From NCBI GenBank assembly GCA_020137815.1, contig CM035353.1, positions 3,286,001-3,350,000 on the forward strand: DNA of 64,000 bases. Reading direction: 5' to 3'. The DNA comes from Hormiphora californensis (Eukaryota > Animalia > Ctenophora). This document shows positions 50,201 through 63,565 of the stretch, piece after piece; position 1 is the first letter of the stretch, and each line of letters begins with the position of its first letter. Both the position numbers and the translations under genes were made by a program. The notes under the pieces were generated by a model. It was not told the DNA's origin and searched no databases. It worked only from the letters and a program-made list of their open reading frames with translations.

Positions 50201-52190
50201 CTGCCAGGGAACGAACAACCACGGAACTCTGGGGCCAGTAAGTGAATTTGTGAATTAATCCTAAAAATCACGGCTATTTTCCCATCATTATAACGTTCGA
50301 TCCACAAGAGCTATAAGAATATTGTGCAATTGCAGATTCAAAAAGTACAATTGATAGGGCGACCGCACTATATCAGCAACGCGGCCTCCAACTTTTGGTC
50401 GGTTAATCTTTTGGGGCGTTTGCTTTCCTCTACACTCCATAAAGACCAACTTTCAGTTTGTTACAAAACCATTCTGAGGTAATACAGAGTTCAGCCTCTG
50501 GCTCTGGATAATATTTTCATTTTTTTCCCCCCGCCCGAAGATCTTGAATGCACCAAAACGGGACCCCACCATATTTTGGTACGAACGTTTCACAAAACAC
50601 TAATTTTTCCAGATACACTCTCAACTGTTGGATGATTGGCAGCTCTGTCAGAATCGTCAATGACAACAGTTATCTGACACTGTGTGAGGTCCGAGTAATG
50701 GGTGACCCTGATCCAATCAACACTGAAAGTAAGTATAGAACTTGGTGACATAGACACCTGGCGAGACCAAGACGAAGATGAGCTCATGGTCCGGGGGGGG
50801 GTGGGGGTCGGCCAGGGGGGTTTTTGCTATATGTCACCAAGTATAGACCATGGTAAAATTATAGATAATTGCTTGACTATTATAATTATAGATAGTTGCC
50901 ATTGTCATTAAGAAAATACCTAGTAGATAATATTTAGTAGATTTATCTAGTCCATTTTTCCAATAAACATATGAACTGGGAACATGTTCGAACTTGGGTT
51001 TTGGCGACGTTTTGATCTCAACACCTCAAACTAAATATTTAGATATCTAACAAATTATTTAACATCCCCTTTTTACAAATCCAGGCAACGAGACGATAGT
51101 TGACATTGGTGAATTGAGCTGTATCAACGATGGATGTTTCAGTACAGCTACCTGTCCAATTGGTTACGCTACTACTCGGTGTGAAGTCGCTACAAGTACG
51201 TGTAATGCGAATATATTAGCACGTGCAAAATATAGCACGTGCAAAATACTGAAAAAAATTTTCAAAAAAGTTAGTCTAGTTAGTCACAGTTTAAAGCAGT
51301 ATCCGGATAGTAGTAGTATGGTTAAGTAAGAAGCAGTATGTATGAGTATAATGTATTTCACCCTGCACCATCAATATATCCATTATATGTACATAATTTT
51401 GGTACATTTTGTATAAATAGATGTACATTGTTCATTGTACAATGAAATGAAAACTATGAACTAGGCTACAAAATTGAGTACTGAACAAACATGCTGTTCA
51501 TCTATCCCCCCATTTCTGCAGGAAAGGTTGGTTCTAAGTCGAGTGGTGCATATATTGATAACGGAATTTGTTACGCAGCCAACAGTGGAAAAGCAGGTTG
51601 AAAGCAGTGGAGAAGGTGTCATTGTAAGTGCTCCTTCATAAAAATCATTATCAGATTTTTATCGTTTTTATCATGGTACTAATATAACTATTTTGTGCCC
51701 CCCCCCCCCCCCCGGCAGGCGAAGGCCACGTGTGCTTTGAACCCCCAATTTGAGAACCCCTGTGGCGGTGAAGCCCTTCTCAAATTCACCACTGAGAGTC
51801 AGCTGGTGGCAGTTTTAGTTTTTGCATCTATATGTCCTGCGGATACGAAAAGCAGTTGTTGTGGTCTTTTGTCCCTGGGTTGTTCCCTGGGTGACCAGTA
51901 TAAAGTTCCGTCGTGAGGTTACCATAACAAACTTCCACCTTAGTTACCTAACACTCCACCGGTACACCATAGCAAAACCTCCACCACACGTTTCCAGAAC
52001 AAAATCCACCCCGGTTTCCAGAACAAATCCACACCCGGGTTCCATGAAACAACGCCAACCGGGTACCAGAGAGGACCCAACAACTACACCCGGTGTACCA
52101 TAACAACCCACCAAGACCAGAGCAACTCCAATCCGGGGACCCAGGAAACAAACGCGGGAGGTGACAACGTCAGCGAGTTGAAGTAGCAGT
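44270..52190 (+). CDS. multi F-type lectin (fucolectin) domain protein with a Cys-rich module and Pro/Thr-rich tail; heavily error-damaged, limits approximate
   Basis: LTLCEV motifs at ~44795 and ~45425, a degraded one at ~50085, and a clean exon 50613-50728 (YTLNCWMIGSSVRIVNDNSYLTLCEVRVMG); NPWQVDFG at ~45000; further exons 51085-51195, 51522-51623 and 51719 onward. Confidence 0.6.
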
Positions 52191-53912
52191 AATATCCTAA
52201 TTTGTATTAGGATCACATCTATGGCAATAGTGTGCAATTGTTGTAAGACGACGGAGAAATGAGGAAAGAATAGAAATAGAAAAGAAGAGCAGAAATGATG
52301 GGGAGGAAGGATTGTGTTGGCGGTGTCTGAATGGATGTATGGTTTGACGACTATATCATCGTCTGCCAACTCTCTAACTTGTAAGTAACCATGGCAACGA
52401 AATTGTACTAGAATTAGTAACCCTAGCAAACCAAATTAATGCATAACTTACTTCCTCCAGAGAACATATGCAGCAGCTAAATTGTCCCAACTGTGATGGA
52501 TTACACCTGTGACTGGAGAGGGTTGAGGAAGGCAATGAGATAGGAAGGTCAAGATGGACGGAGGGAGTAAACTCAGAAGAAAAAGAAGGAGAGACGTAGT
52601 TACTAAGAGTAGAAACGTAAGTCAGGGAAGAGTACAAATAAGTACAAAGAAAAGTAGAAAGAAGTAAAAGAGGAGGGAAGTCTGAGAGAGAGAGAAAGAG
52701 AGATAAGTAACCAACCTGTCAAGAGGTTTCAGCTGGGATTGTCTTGTGGTCGATAATGAGAGGTACTTAATAGATAATTAAATGACCAAGAGTTGTACCT
52801 GAATCACGGGATGATTTACCTATTTATTGTTCGAACTGGGTTAAACTAGATTTTAACGAAATAGTATTTAACATTTATGAATTTATATTTAAACAATATA
52901 AAATTGCACGGTGTTTTCTCATCCGGTTTGTTGGTGAGAATGGTGAATGTTAATGTTTGTCCCAGTGGAGTTCCGAATAAACGTGTAATGAACTTCTCAA
53001 CTTCGATCGAAAATCAATGCCTTGGTAAATGTCAATTATTTCTCTATACCGGTGCGTTGGGATGGCCAACGACCGTTGGCTTGCCAAGCTCCTAAAACCT
53101 GAAAATGGATGTTTTGACGATGATGAAATAATGGTTTTTTCTTTACATGTTCGTCCGCACGCCTTATGACAGGATGCGGTGTTGAGGTAGATCTCAGGCG
53201 GGGTGCACGTTATCATGGATATTGGAATATGTTATTAAATATGCCACTGAACGGCCGTAGGTTTATTATTTAGTCTTTAGATCAATTGGATTTATGTTAC
53301 TGCCAAACCTCTACCTTTAGACGGGGTAACTGGGGGGGGGGTTACCTCCTGCTGCCAATTCACACGCTGTGTGGGAGAGACGGGCACTTGGAGAAGGGCT
53401 TTTCTTTTGGAACGATGCCTTTCGACTGCCATCTGCTGGGCCCTTGTGTAGGTCAGAGCGTAGTTTAATGAGGGTGAGGTGAGTCATATATGGGGTACCA
53501 TGGTACCATGGTAGTGATGGTGGAGTCATATAGTACTATTAATGGTAACCATGGGTATAGGGAAGGTGTGGAGTGGTTACCATGGGTTACCATGGTGTGA
53601 TATGAGTGTTGTATGTTAGTTTTGTTTACCCATGGAAACGGAGAGAGAGAGAGAGAAGAGAGAAAAACCATTTTCCTCGCGATGCTCACACGTTTGGAGC
53701 ACCCACTGCCGCCGATGGCGTTTACATCGAGGGCACGGGATCTTCTGAGTGTGTTGCCCGAGCCATCCCACGCCCAAAGCAAACCAGTCATACCCTGTCC
53801 GACGGTTTTTTTTTTTTTTTGCTTACTGTTGGAGGACGAACAATTGATGCGAGACCCATGTACCGGGGAGAATGAGGAGAATGGAGAATGAGAGAGGAGA
53901 AAATCTTACAGT

Positions 53913-56900
53913 ACGGGAGTACAGGAGTAGTACCGGATCGTCTTCGCACAGAGTCCATCCATTGAATGCCCCCGGGGTTACGGGGGTTACATCATGTCTA
54001 GCTGTGCCTTCCACAGCCGATGGATGGACAAGGTAGGTATGGGTAGGGTTAATTATTTAATAATTAATTAATTATAAATTAATAATTAACTTGTTATTGA
54101 TCTCTGTTCTCTTTAATTACAGTCAAACCTCGAATGACCGTATTACCCGTGAACTAAAATTTTGATTACTAGCCAATATCTAGTCTCAATGGAAAAGAAC
54201 AACGACCGCCCGCAATAATGAATTAAATAATTAATTTTAAAAACTGTTCCTTAATTAGTTTAATTTCTATATATGTTTCAGGGCCTGGATGCTTGGAACA
54301 AAGCCAAGGATCGTTCCAGATAAGCAGTGTGGAGGCCCCAGTCTGATGGGGTGCGGGTGTGTGTGCTAATTTGAATGAAAACTGTATATGCCGGGCTGGG
54401 ATTGTAGTGGGTATGGTATTGCAACTCACCGGTTATCTGCATAAACCTCAACGGGGGTATTGTGGGTTAAGTGGTAATTTTTTATTGGGGTAAGTTAGGA
54501 ATTGGTAATTATAGCAATTAGTTAACTAGTAATTATTTAATTACAAAATTGAGATTTGATTACAAATTGGCGACATTATCAATAATTTTAGTTCAACATA
54601 TCAGCTTTCCAACTAATCAGGGACAACATGATAATTATAAGATAATGACTAATTAACCTGAAACCGTATGTGATCGTAAAATTGGCTGAGGATTTTTGGC
54701 ATTTTTTGCAGACTTCTTCTTCTTACTGGAGAAAAGTTGGGAAAAGAAAATCGCAAAGCAAGAAAAATTTGTACCTGCAGAGAGCAGGCGTATCGAGGAA
54801 TGTGGAATTCTGGGACTCGGGTTTTTGGGGAAAATTGTAAGTCGAGAGGAATTCAGGGAAGTCTCTTGTGAAGAGAAGTAAGGGGATTTTTAGTGACGGA
54901 TATGGCGGATTAAATATAAGAGTGTGATTCGATCTGATACCAACGTGGATTGATTTAGTTTAAAGAGGGTTATCGAAAGTTTTGTCCTCTGTTTACAAGA
55001 GTGATTTTAACCCTCTCTTCGCCAAAGTGTTTGTTGTTTCCAGAGACGTTGCAGCAAAAGCCTGTGTTTTTACCCACCATTAAGAACCCTAAGGGGGGAT
55101 GATAGGATCGCCTAGCTAACATGCCGGTTGTTTATCGTCGAAACCTAACCTACCATTTATCCAAAGTTCTTGAGAAGGTCGGTAGGTGGTGGTAGTGGTA
55201 CTGACCAGCTCACCGAGTTCTTCAGGGGGAATGGACCTTACTGACATCCTCACCAGTGGGTACGGGTGGGATGGTACAGGGTGGGCCATCATTTGGTGGT
55301 GGGGCCTGGGGCAAGAGTTGCGAGAGAGACTCTAGTATGGGAATGTTTGATGACTTTTACAGGAAATGGACAAGGGTATAATGTTGTTGCCTTCTTCTTT
55401 CTTTTGGATAGTCGGTTTTGTGGACTTTGACACTGTGGATCATTCTAAGCTTGGGACGTTCGGAGTAGGAGGTTTGGAGAGTAAAGTGTAAAGTAAGAGG
55501 AGCAAGTAATGGAGTAAGAGGTAAGAGGAGCAGCCTTCAGTGGTGTTTTTTGTTTATCAGTTTATTCTTGCGGATCGACGCAAACTTCCAGAGGTGGTGA
55601 ACGTCCTGCGAGGAGAGAACTATCAAGGATGATTATTTGAGATGTGGGCGGTACCCAAGGATCTCCTTGGATCCAGGTGCTGGTTTATTCCTCTATGTGC
55701 GGAACTCTAGGATCTGGTGCGGAATATGGGCTTAAAAATAGCCTATATGCAGATGACTCACAGAATTTATGTGAGGTAGGTCCCTGGGATGAGACCAATG
55801 GAAAGGAACAACGAAGAAGAGGAACGTTGAGGAATGTCTTGATCGCCTCAAGGCAAGGGATGGCGTCGGTCGAGCACTGGTTGGAAATTGGTTGAAATTT
55901 TGTTGACATGCAATGAGTCGAAGGACGGACACGTCTTATTCCTGGTGAAAAAGTTGAGTGCTGCTATCGATAATAAGCTTTACTTTTTGAACCGTCGGTT
56001 TAGGTTGGAGATGTGTGGTGGATATCGTCATATTGACGCCCTTCAAGGGTATCGGGCAAGATTCTGGGGGTATTACATGGATGAAAACTCTTTGGAGGCC
56101 GCGTCAGGTGAACAGTGTGAGGAAAACAGCTGTGGAATGCTGTTTTTATATGGTATTTAAAGAATTATGGCAGGTCAATAGTTGTCTGGAGACTTCTCCA
56201 CAAAGTTCTCTTGGTGAAAGCAGCAAGCTTTATCTCCCGGTCTGGATTATTGTAATATCCCCTTTGGAGAGGTCTTCAAAGAACGAAAGAAGAAGTCTCA
56301 TTTTGCCCGCCTTCAGAAGGTTGTTAATTCCTGTGTTAGGTTCATCTAATGCGACTTCATGGGTCATAAAGATTGATTACCTGCCCTACCGGAGAGAGAG
56401 AGAGGAATCACTTCCCCTATTGAGCAACTGTTGTTGTCTTCAAGTCATGTCTATGGACCCCCTACAAGGAAGATCATACAGGAATGGAAGTGCTCCAGAC
56501 TACCTCTGTGAGCAAAATAAAAATAAGCAAATAACCTGCGGACAATGTGTATGGATGTACCCGCCGCGCCCCGCGCCGGACCAGAGCGCCTACTGTGCCC
56601 GATCTCTTTAAGCTCCGGTGGTACCCAAACTGTTCGAGTGTTGAATGCCAGTTCTAAACTGAGGAAGAGGAGACCGTCAGTTCTCCTACCGGACCTTTGG
56701 AAGCCCTCCCCCTTGGATCTGAGGTCTGACCACTGTGGAATCGTTTAAACGACTGTATCAGATTTGGCCACAGTGATTGCCTGAGTGAGATCGAGTCGCG
56801 CAGCGACCGAGATCGATTTCTCACATCTAGGGCCTCCGGGCGCGCGTCCCGCGTTATTAGCGTTAGTGATTTTAGAGCAAAACTTTTCAAAAAAGACCTG

Positions 56901-59900
56901 GCTGCAACGGAACTACTGAACCGCTTTGCATCTCGTTTGTGCTCCTGGGCAGATTAATTGTCTCCTAGTTACGGAAAATACCCGCGGATATCAGCATTCT
57001 GAGGAAAGGGGTCAAAATATTGACGCCTTAAACATGAGCAAATTCTTTTTTTAAAGACCGGCTGCAAAGCTCCTACCGGTCCTGGGACAATCTGCGGGGG
57101 GGTACTGGGTGAATCGTCATGGCCGTGTGAGTAGGGAAAATACCCCACGCCGATACATCAAAGTGCCAATTGAGGAGGTTTAGGTTTGTTAGTTTTAGGT
57201 TTAATGGTTATGTTAATTTGGTAATTGGGGTTTTTTGGTTAGTTGCTAATGTCGGCTTCTAAAAAAAAATTTGCCTGCTAAAACAGTGATATATCGCGCG
57301 CGCGATTTGACAGTCCCACTGCTTGAAAAAAAAGTGCTTTTGTTACATCGCGCGTGCAGCACTTGAGTTGTTCTGCTGTCCACAGGCCGGGAGAGAGGGA
57401 GGGAGAGACTATTCTGCGCGGAGCGAAGAATAAGTAGAATAGGTTGCCAATGGAGCCAGCTCAAGACAAGACTGTTCGTGGATGGAATCCTTTGGGGGCT
57501 GACTGTGTGTCTTTCCTCTTTCCGGATTTCCCCTACGTATCTATCACTTCGCTTGTTGTACTGTTATTCAGGTAGACGTTGTTGGTACTGCTGTGTCCCT
57601 CGTGACAAGTTTTGTTCTACGCACATCTTTTTGCGGTTTTGAGGCAACGAGTTATGAGTGTTTGGATAATACTATTTTATTCAGTGTTCAGTTTCCGCTT
57701 TTCCCTGGGGCCGAGTTAATTGTGTTGTCTGTTTTTTCATGTGTTTTTTTGAGGGTAGTTCAGAAGATTTCTCTGAACCCCTTTTTTGATCTGATAAAGT
57801 TTTTTGGAGAGGTTTTGGGTTTGTAATAAGGTTCTAGAGGTGTTGTTAAAGGTGTTCTTTGTTGAGGATATTTGGTAGAGGTATTTTTTTGAAGCTATAT
57901 TTGTTGTTTCTACCAGTATGTCTGTTATGAATCCCGATTGATTTCCTTCCATCCATGAGATAGAATAGAGCAGGGTAATTTGGTTTGTTTTTTTTACCCA
58001 CCGTTTTTTTGTTTGAATCTATTTTGGTTTTTTTGTGAGTGTGTTGAGTTAAGTAAAACTGCTATGATTATCCCTCAGTGCAGTATTCAGGTATTAGTAT
58101 TACAGTATTAGCTATTGCTAGGCGTCCTGGGGATCTTGGGGCAGGATACAAGTCTAGATATTATTATTATTATTTTAACTGCATGATATTTCAGGGACAA
58201 CTACCTGAGAACAGCATGCCCAACCTGCGAGGATTTCCCTTGTGATGATGGGTTTGAATGTACCCTTGGAACAGATAACAACCTGCCCCAATGTACCGAG
58301 GTTGTTCCTGGTGGATGTGATGTCAACAAGTAGGTTACCATGGAAACAATTTAGGGAGGACTTTGTTCCCCATGGCAACTGTTTTGCTATTAGGTTACCC
58401 AAGTTTGTGAAACAGAGTAAGTAGACCGAGTTACATGGGGTACAGGTTAGGAGGACGCGATAGTTTCTCGTTTCCACTTCATAATTTGGTAGGAATATGG
58501 CACCAAGCTTTTTCTCTATTATCAGAATTCGGAGGCGGTTGTCGGCGTGCGAGATGTTACAGTCGGTGCACCTGACATTCCCGAATCCCTGTGGCTAGAA
58601 CCATGATATACCCATCACAGCTCTATTTCACCCATGCCTCTCTGGTATCTACTATCTATCTACTATATTACTACCTCACGGCTCACATGGGCTTTAATTT
58701 AGCCAAAATATCATCAAATATCATAAAAATATAACCTAGCTCTCCCCTTCTTCTCCCTACCCCCCTTACAGCTGCGGTCGAGGAGAGTGCATTGAGAATG
58801 GAACCCAGTACATTGTAGTTGCGATTAGTTACCAGGTAAGTGGTAACAGCTAAACATACAATTCTAAGCCAGCTTTGCGGTCGAGGGAGAGAAAGGCATT
58901 GAGAATGGAACCCCAGTAAGTGTAGTTGCGATAGCGGGTTTAGTTTCGATGGTGATGATACCGTAGGTGTAAGGAATTGATTGATGAGTGTGCCCAGTCA
59001 CCCTGTGGTGGAAATGGAGTTGTCTGAGAATTGGGAGGGAAGTACGAGTTGTGATGCTTGGATGCGATACAGTGTCCAACATTAAGTATCAACAAGTACG
59101 TAGGGAACGAACATAAACAACCATGAGAACAGACTTTAATTTAATGATTGGTAATGGTTAACTTTAATGTTATGATTAATTACTCTAATATAGGGGGAAC
59201 AGTGGGTTATAGACGAGTGTTTGGATAATTCTACCAGTGGAGAATTGGAGCGATTTGTGGTTCCAAGTGAGGGGGAGCGGGGAGCTAATTGTGTCTCCAG
59301 AGCATTTTACAAAGGTAAGTTAAGGTAACTTTGGAAAACCGCCCATCACTATCGCAAACCATAGTTCAGGTATATCCTAAAAACTATATCTTATAATAAA
59401 TGACGAAAGCGAAGAGCAGAGATTTTTAATGGCCAAAAGGCCGCATAGGTTTCATAATAAGATCATTTAGAAAAGTGGCGGCAACACAGTATAACATAGG
59501 GTGGTAGATGCGCCGGTGTTGTAGATAGAGAGGGGGGGGTTTGGTGTTTCAATGTTGTTTGTTGGTTGTTTCAAATTTAGCCGCCATCTCACATAGCAGT
59601 AGTTAGCTGCTTTACCCTATATTGTTAAATGTTGTAACTCTAATGCAGGGATGGTGATCTGGGTGATTGTGGGTGTGCCGATGGGTACGAGGCCTCTGGA
59701 ACACAGTTGGTGATACGATATCGATGATTGAGTGTCTGAAAAAAATCCCTGCAGAGCACGGAGGTGAATTCCATACCTCTTAGCTGCCCATCCCATAACT
59801 ATAGAGACCGTTCCCTTCATAGTAGAACCCTAGTCCGATTTAGCAAATAGCTAACATAAAAATAGTTATGAACTGGATAAATGAAATGTTGTGGGACAAT

Positions 59901-61600
59901 TGCTAACATGATTACAATGAATTCTTGACTAGCTTATAAAACTAATTAGATCTAATTATCCCAGGAGTGTACTAACACATAGGGTAATTATCTAATTATC
60001 CCACTAGGAGTGTACTAACACAGATGGTAATTACCAATGCGCATGTCCCGATGGAACTGCAGTGTCCACGTCCTCTGAAGGAGAGTGTATCAGTTTTAAA
60101 GCTTGTAATTTGTCCGGAGAAAGGAACGAAATTACCAGGCTACTATACGGGGGGTTGGTAACACCTCAAAGTTATTGGGGAGTACCAAGATAAAAACCTG
60201 TTTACTTTAATCGTTTTATGATTTATGTTTCTATGAGGCTCTTAAATTAATTAAAAATCTAAAACAAAAAAAAAACTACCAAATCCTAAAAACTTTACTA
60301 CACCCACACAGATTCAAGGGGTGTCGAAGAAAGAGTTGAAGGAAAATGGAAATATTGTTTGGACTAAAGATGGATCTGCGTGGGATCCTGAGACCGATGC
60401 CGCTGAAACAGCCCGAGGATTCACTCTTTAGTACGTGCCTAATTTTACTCAATATAAACTTATCGATGACATAATCAACAACATAAACGATTATTATTAC
60501 TTGACCCTTAATCCGCCGGCGGGCAGGCATCTTGGTTGAATCGTTTGTGATGGAAATCAAATTAACTTAATTATTTTTTCCATGATTTCCAGCCTGAGGA
60601 TGCTGGTTATTTACGAGGCCAACCGTGTTTGTTCCTAGAGAGGAAGACTGGCGATGAAATGTGCAAAGTTGGAATTCCAGTAATCATGCTAGGTAAATTT
60701 ACATTTCTTGCAGTCCCGGCTATTTATAATTCACTGAGATGTACAGTTGTACTAATAACACGTCATTTTTGCCTTCAGAGGGTTCAGCCGAGTTGTCAAT
60801 TATAAAAATAGCCAAGTTTGCCAAAACCCTTCCTGTCGGAAGTTAAGGGAGTTGATTGAAGAGTGAGATGAAGTGCAAAATGCAAGTTTCTAAACTACCA
60901 ACGTTGAGTAATTGTGATCTATGCAATCGCCATTTACTGTATGTTGTCCCTATAATAAGTGGTACCATATGGTATACCATGCGCGATCGATTTCTCGCCT
61001 CGTGTGAGATCGATCAGATGATTCGATCTCGCACACATGTATATAGTCACCAAAATTCCCTTGTACCAATGATACATCTGATCCCCCTTCCTCAAAATGT
61101 ACCAATTCTTTTAACTCACCTGCATTTGAGTCTATAAAACTATCTACTGTCACTCCGTGGTCACCGTTATATGATTCCCCCACCCTCCCCTCCCTCCCCT
61201 CCCCTGTGCTATTCTGATATATCCCTGTACCCAGTTGCAGTGGGATGCATCTATGTGGGTGAACAATGTTCAACTGGTACAAGGTGGATGATTCCGGAGA
61301 GGTGACGCTTCATCGAGGATATGGTGATATTAACTTTAACTACAAAGGAGGTAATTTACACGTGCACATTTACACAGTCCTAACTGCAGACTTGACGTTG
61401 GGTATGTAATGGGTAGGTAATCAGTCAGATGACAGGTACAATCGTGAACGTTCTATTTTTCTAACTAACAATAAATAATTTCAGGAAAATATCGGTTGTC
61501 GTTTGAGTTGAGGCCACCAGGTCCGGCGTAGCGTGGAACACCTACAAATGTGAAATTCCAACAGCAGCAAGTGTTAACGCTTTCGTTGAGGTCACCATGG
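53913..61600 (+). CDS. EGF/sushi-repeat extracellular protein, error-damaged, limits approximate
   Basis: Exon 58195-58301 (CPTCEDFPCDDGFECTLGTDNNLPQC); CGRGECIENG..CSCDSGFSFDG (~58780-58960); IDECAQSPCGGNG (~58980); CGCADGYEASG..DIDD (~59670-59730); GT-AG boundaries. Confidence 0.6.
54670..58175 (+). mobile_element. 5'-truncated L2/CR1-type LINE (reverse transcriptase half) in an intron
   Basis: Frameshifted motifs LSKVLEK (~55160), FDTVDH (~55430), QGS (~55660), LYADDSQ (~55745), LDYCN (~56245), SFKR...QLKTRLF; (ATT)n tail at ~58160-58175. Confidence 0.8.
56764..57459. mobile_element. ~700-bp element nested in the LINE; longer relative of the GPCR insertion
   Basis: Both ends match the two halves of 31362-31501 (minus strand). 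Confidence 0.7.
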
Positions 61601-61649
61601 TCTGGGAACTAATAACATATTTGGAAGTACTGATCAGAGTACAATGATC

Positions 61650-61723
61650 TGTCCCTGTATTGGCTGATACACCAGGGATTCACGTGAGCCTAAAATAACG
61701 CGTTTCTGATTGGTTGTTTACTT
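61650..61723 (-). mobile_element. degenerate copy of the hAT-like MITE (17451-17573)
   Basis: GTCCCTG.ATTGGCTGATA...CACGTGA..CTAAAATAACG...TTCTGATTGGTTGTTTTACTTG. Confidence 0.7.
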
Positions 61724-63521
61724 GGACGTGAACCAAAGCATGAGATGTAAATTAGAATAGAGAACGGACCCATTTTGAAAGAACTGTCTGTAATTTGCAA
61801 ACTTCGGAAAAAAAGCATTCTAAAATCCGAAACTTTATTGTCCGTTTCCATTCATTAATGGGGAAAACAGTCATGCCTGAACAGAGCGAGGTTTCAGGCC
61901 TAGACTGGTGGGTATTATGGAGGGCCAAATATCTACAGGGCGTCGATCAAACGACATAATGGAGATCAGGGTTATCGAGGCGATATTTGGACCGGATACT
62001 TCCTATGGAGCTTTGTGACCGAGGTATAATTCGCCGTGATTCGCACGTTCTGAGCAGACTGGTGCCGCAAGGGCCCTCGTTATATCTGGGCTTAGTATCG
62101 GCCTATGTTTAGCATTCACGGCTTATTAAAAAGAGTTCGATCATCTTCGTGTCACTTACTATAGATAACAGTGTGTAGCCCACTATAATATGTAATACTA
62201 GCAGTTTATTGAGTGGAGGTAATTCTCAACAACCACCTGCAGCTGGGTACACATTTGGATTGAGAGGCGCGACGTGACCAAGTTACACGTGGACGATTGT
62301 CGTTGCTATGGCACACCTGGTGGCGCGCCATGGCGCTCTTTAAACCTTATAAGGTATGATTAGTGAACTTAATACTATATTCTCCTGCCCCATCTCACAC
62401 TTCCATTCAGCTTTTCTCACATTCTAATTGGTTTACCTCGAGGTAAGGAGATTAGAGATCTTTTTTTTTTTTTTTTTTTTCTCTCTGTGCGCATATTCCC
62501 CTTTCTTGGTAATAGACCATCTCGTTGGTGTTACAACACTAGAAAGTAAACAGCTCTCAACGTTACCCTTGTTTGCGACCCCAGTTTTTTCTCAAACCGG
62601 CACTGTCTGATTCACTTAATCACTAGTGTATGTTAACAATCTCGATAACATGCAGAGCAGTTTTGTCAACAAAAGTTATGTAGTGGTTTCGGGGCACGGT
62701 CTCTAAATTCGCCCGTAGGCACTGTGATAGGTTTTCAGACAGGGACTAACACGGAGGAGGTAGCATCGGTAGGGGTAGCAAATCCGGGAAGGGTTACCCG
62801 CCTAGCCGAGATCCTCTGGAGCGAGTCTCGGGGTAGGAGGGATGGGTGAATGTTACGGGTTGGGAATGGGAAGGGGATGGAAACTCAAGGAGGGAGAGAG
62901 GTTTGTGCCTAGTTCCCATGTTCGTTACATTTGAATAAACATCTTAATGTCTATATGTCCTACAACCCGGAATGTGATTTGTAGGGAGTGATAAGAAACG
63001 GGGCTTTTGGAAAATGAATTGAGTGACATTGATTCGTGAGGGCAAAGGGTAATCTATGGGTTGGGGTGAGTGCGTGATGCCGCTAGTCCAAATTTTACAT
63101 GAGATACTGTTCTTATTGTGAATGGGTATAGGACAGAATTCAGATTCGCCCAATCGCTAGCCTCAGCCAATCGATAGCTCAGTCACCCATTTGCCAACCA
63201 GGTGATAATATGGTATGTGGGACAAGAGAGTTGGGGCTTCTGATTTAATGAAAAACGAGAAAAAGGATCGGGAGTAGAGAGTGTGGGAGAGAGGCGAGCA
63301 GACAGAGAAGGGAAGACAAGGCAAGGGGGTGAAATAAGCTACACCACCCGCTAATTGGGACCCTATCAAAAGAAAGGATCGGGAGGAGATCTCCCGCTGA
63401 GAACTACAAGGAGGAAAGAATGGGAAGAGAGAGATGAGAGAAATGTGAGACCAGGAAGGGCAATTAACACCGAAAATGGTCACGAACCAGAAAGAGATGA
63501 AATACAAGACTAATAGGATCC

Positions 63522-63565
<44 letters not shown>

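Noticed and set aside
35150-50500. Many 60-170 aa K/F/G/P-rich ORFs
   Set aside because: Products of homopolymer-inflated, low-accuracy sequence.
62700-62840. HDV-like ribozyme on the minus strand (ACCTCCTCCGTGT...GGGCGAAT)
   Set aside because: I could not build the P2 and P1.1 pairings; a covariance-model search would be needed.
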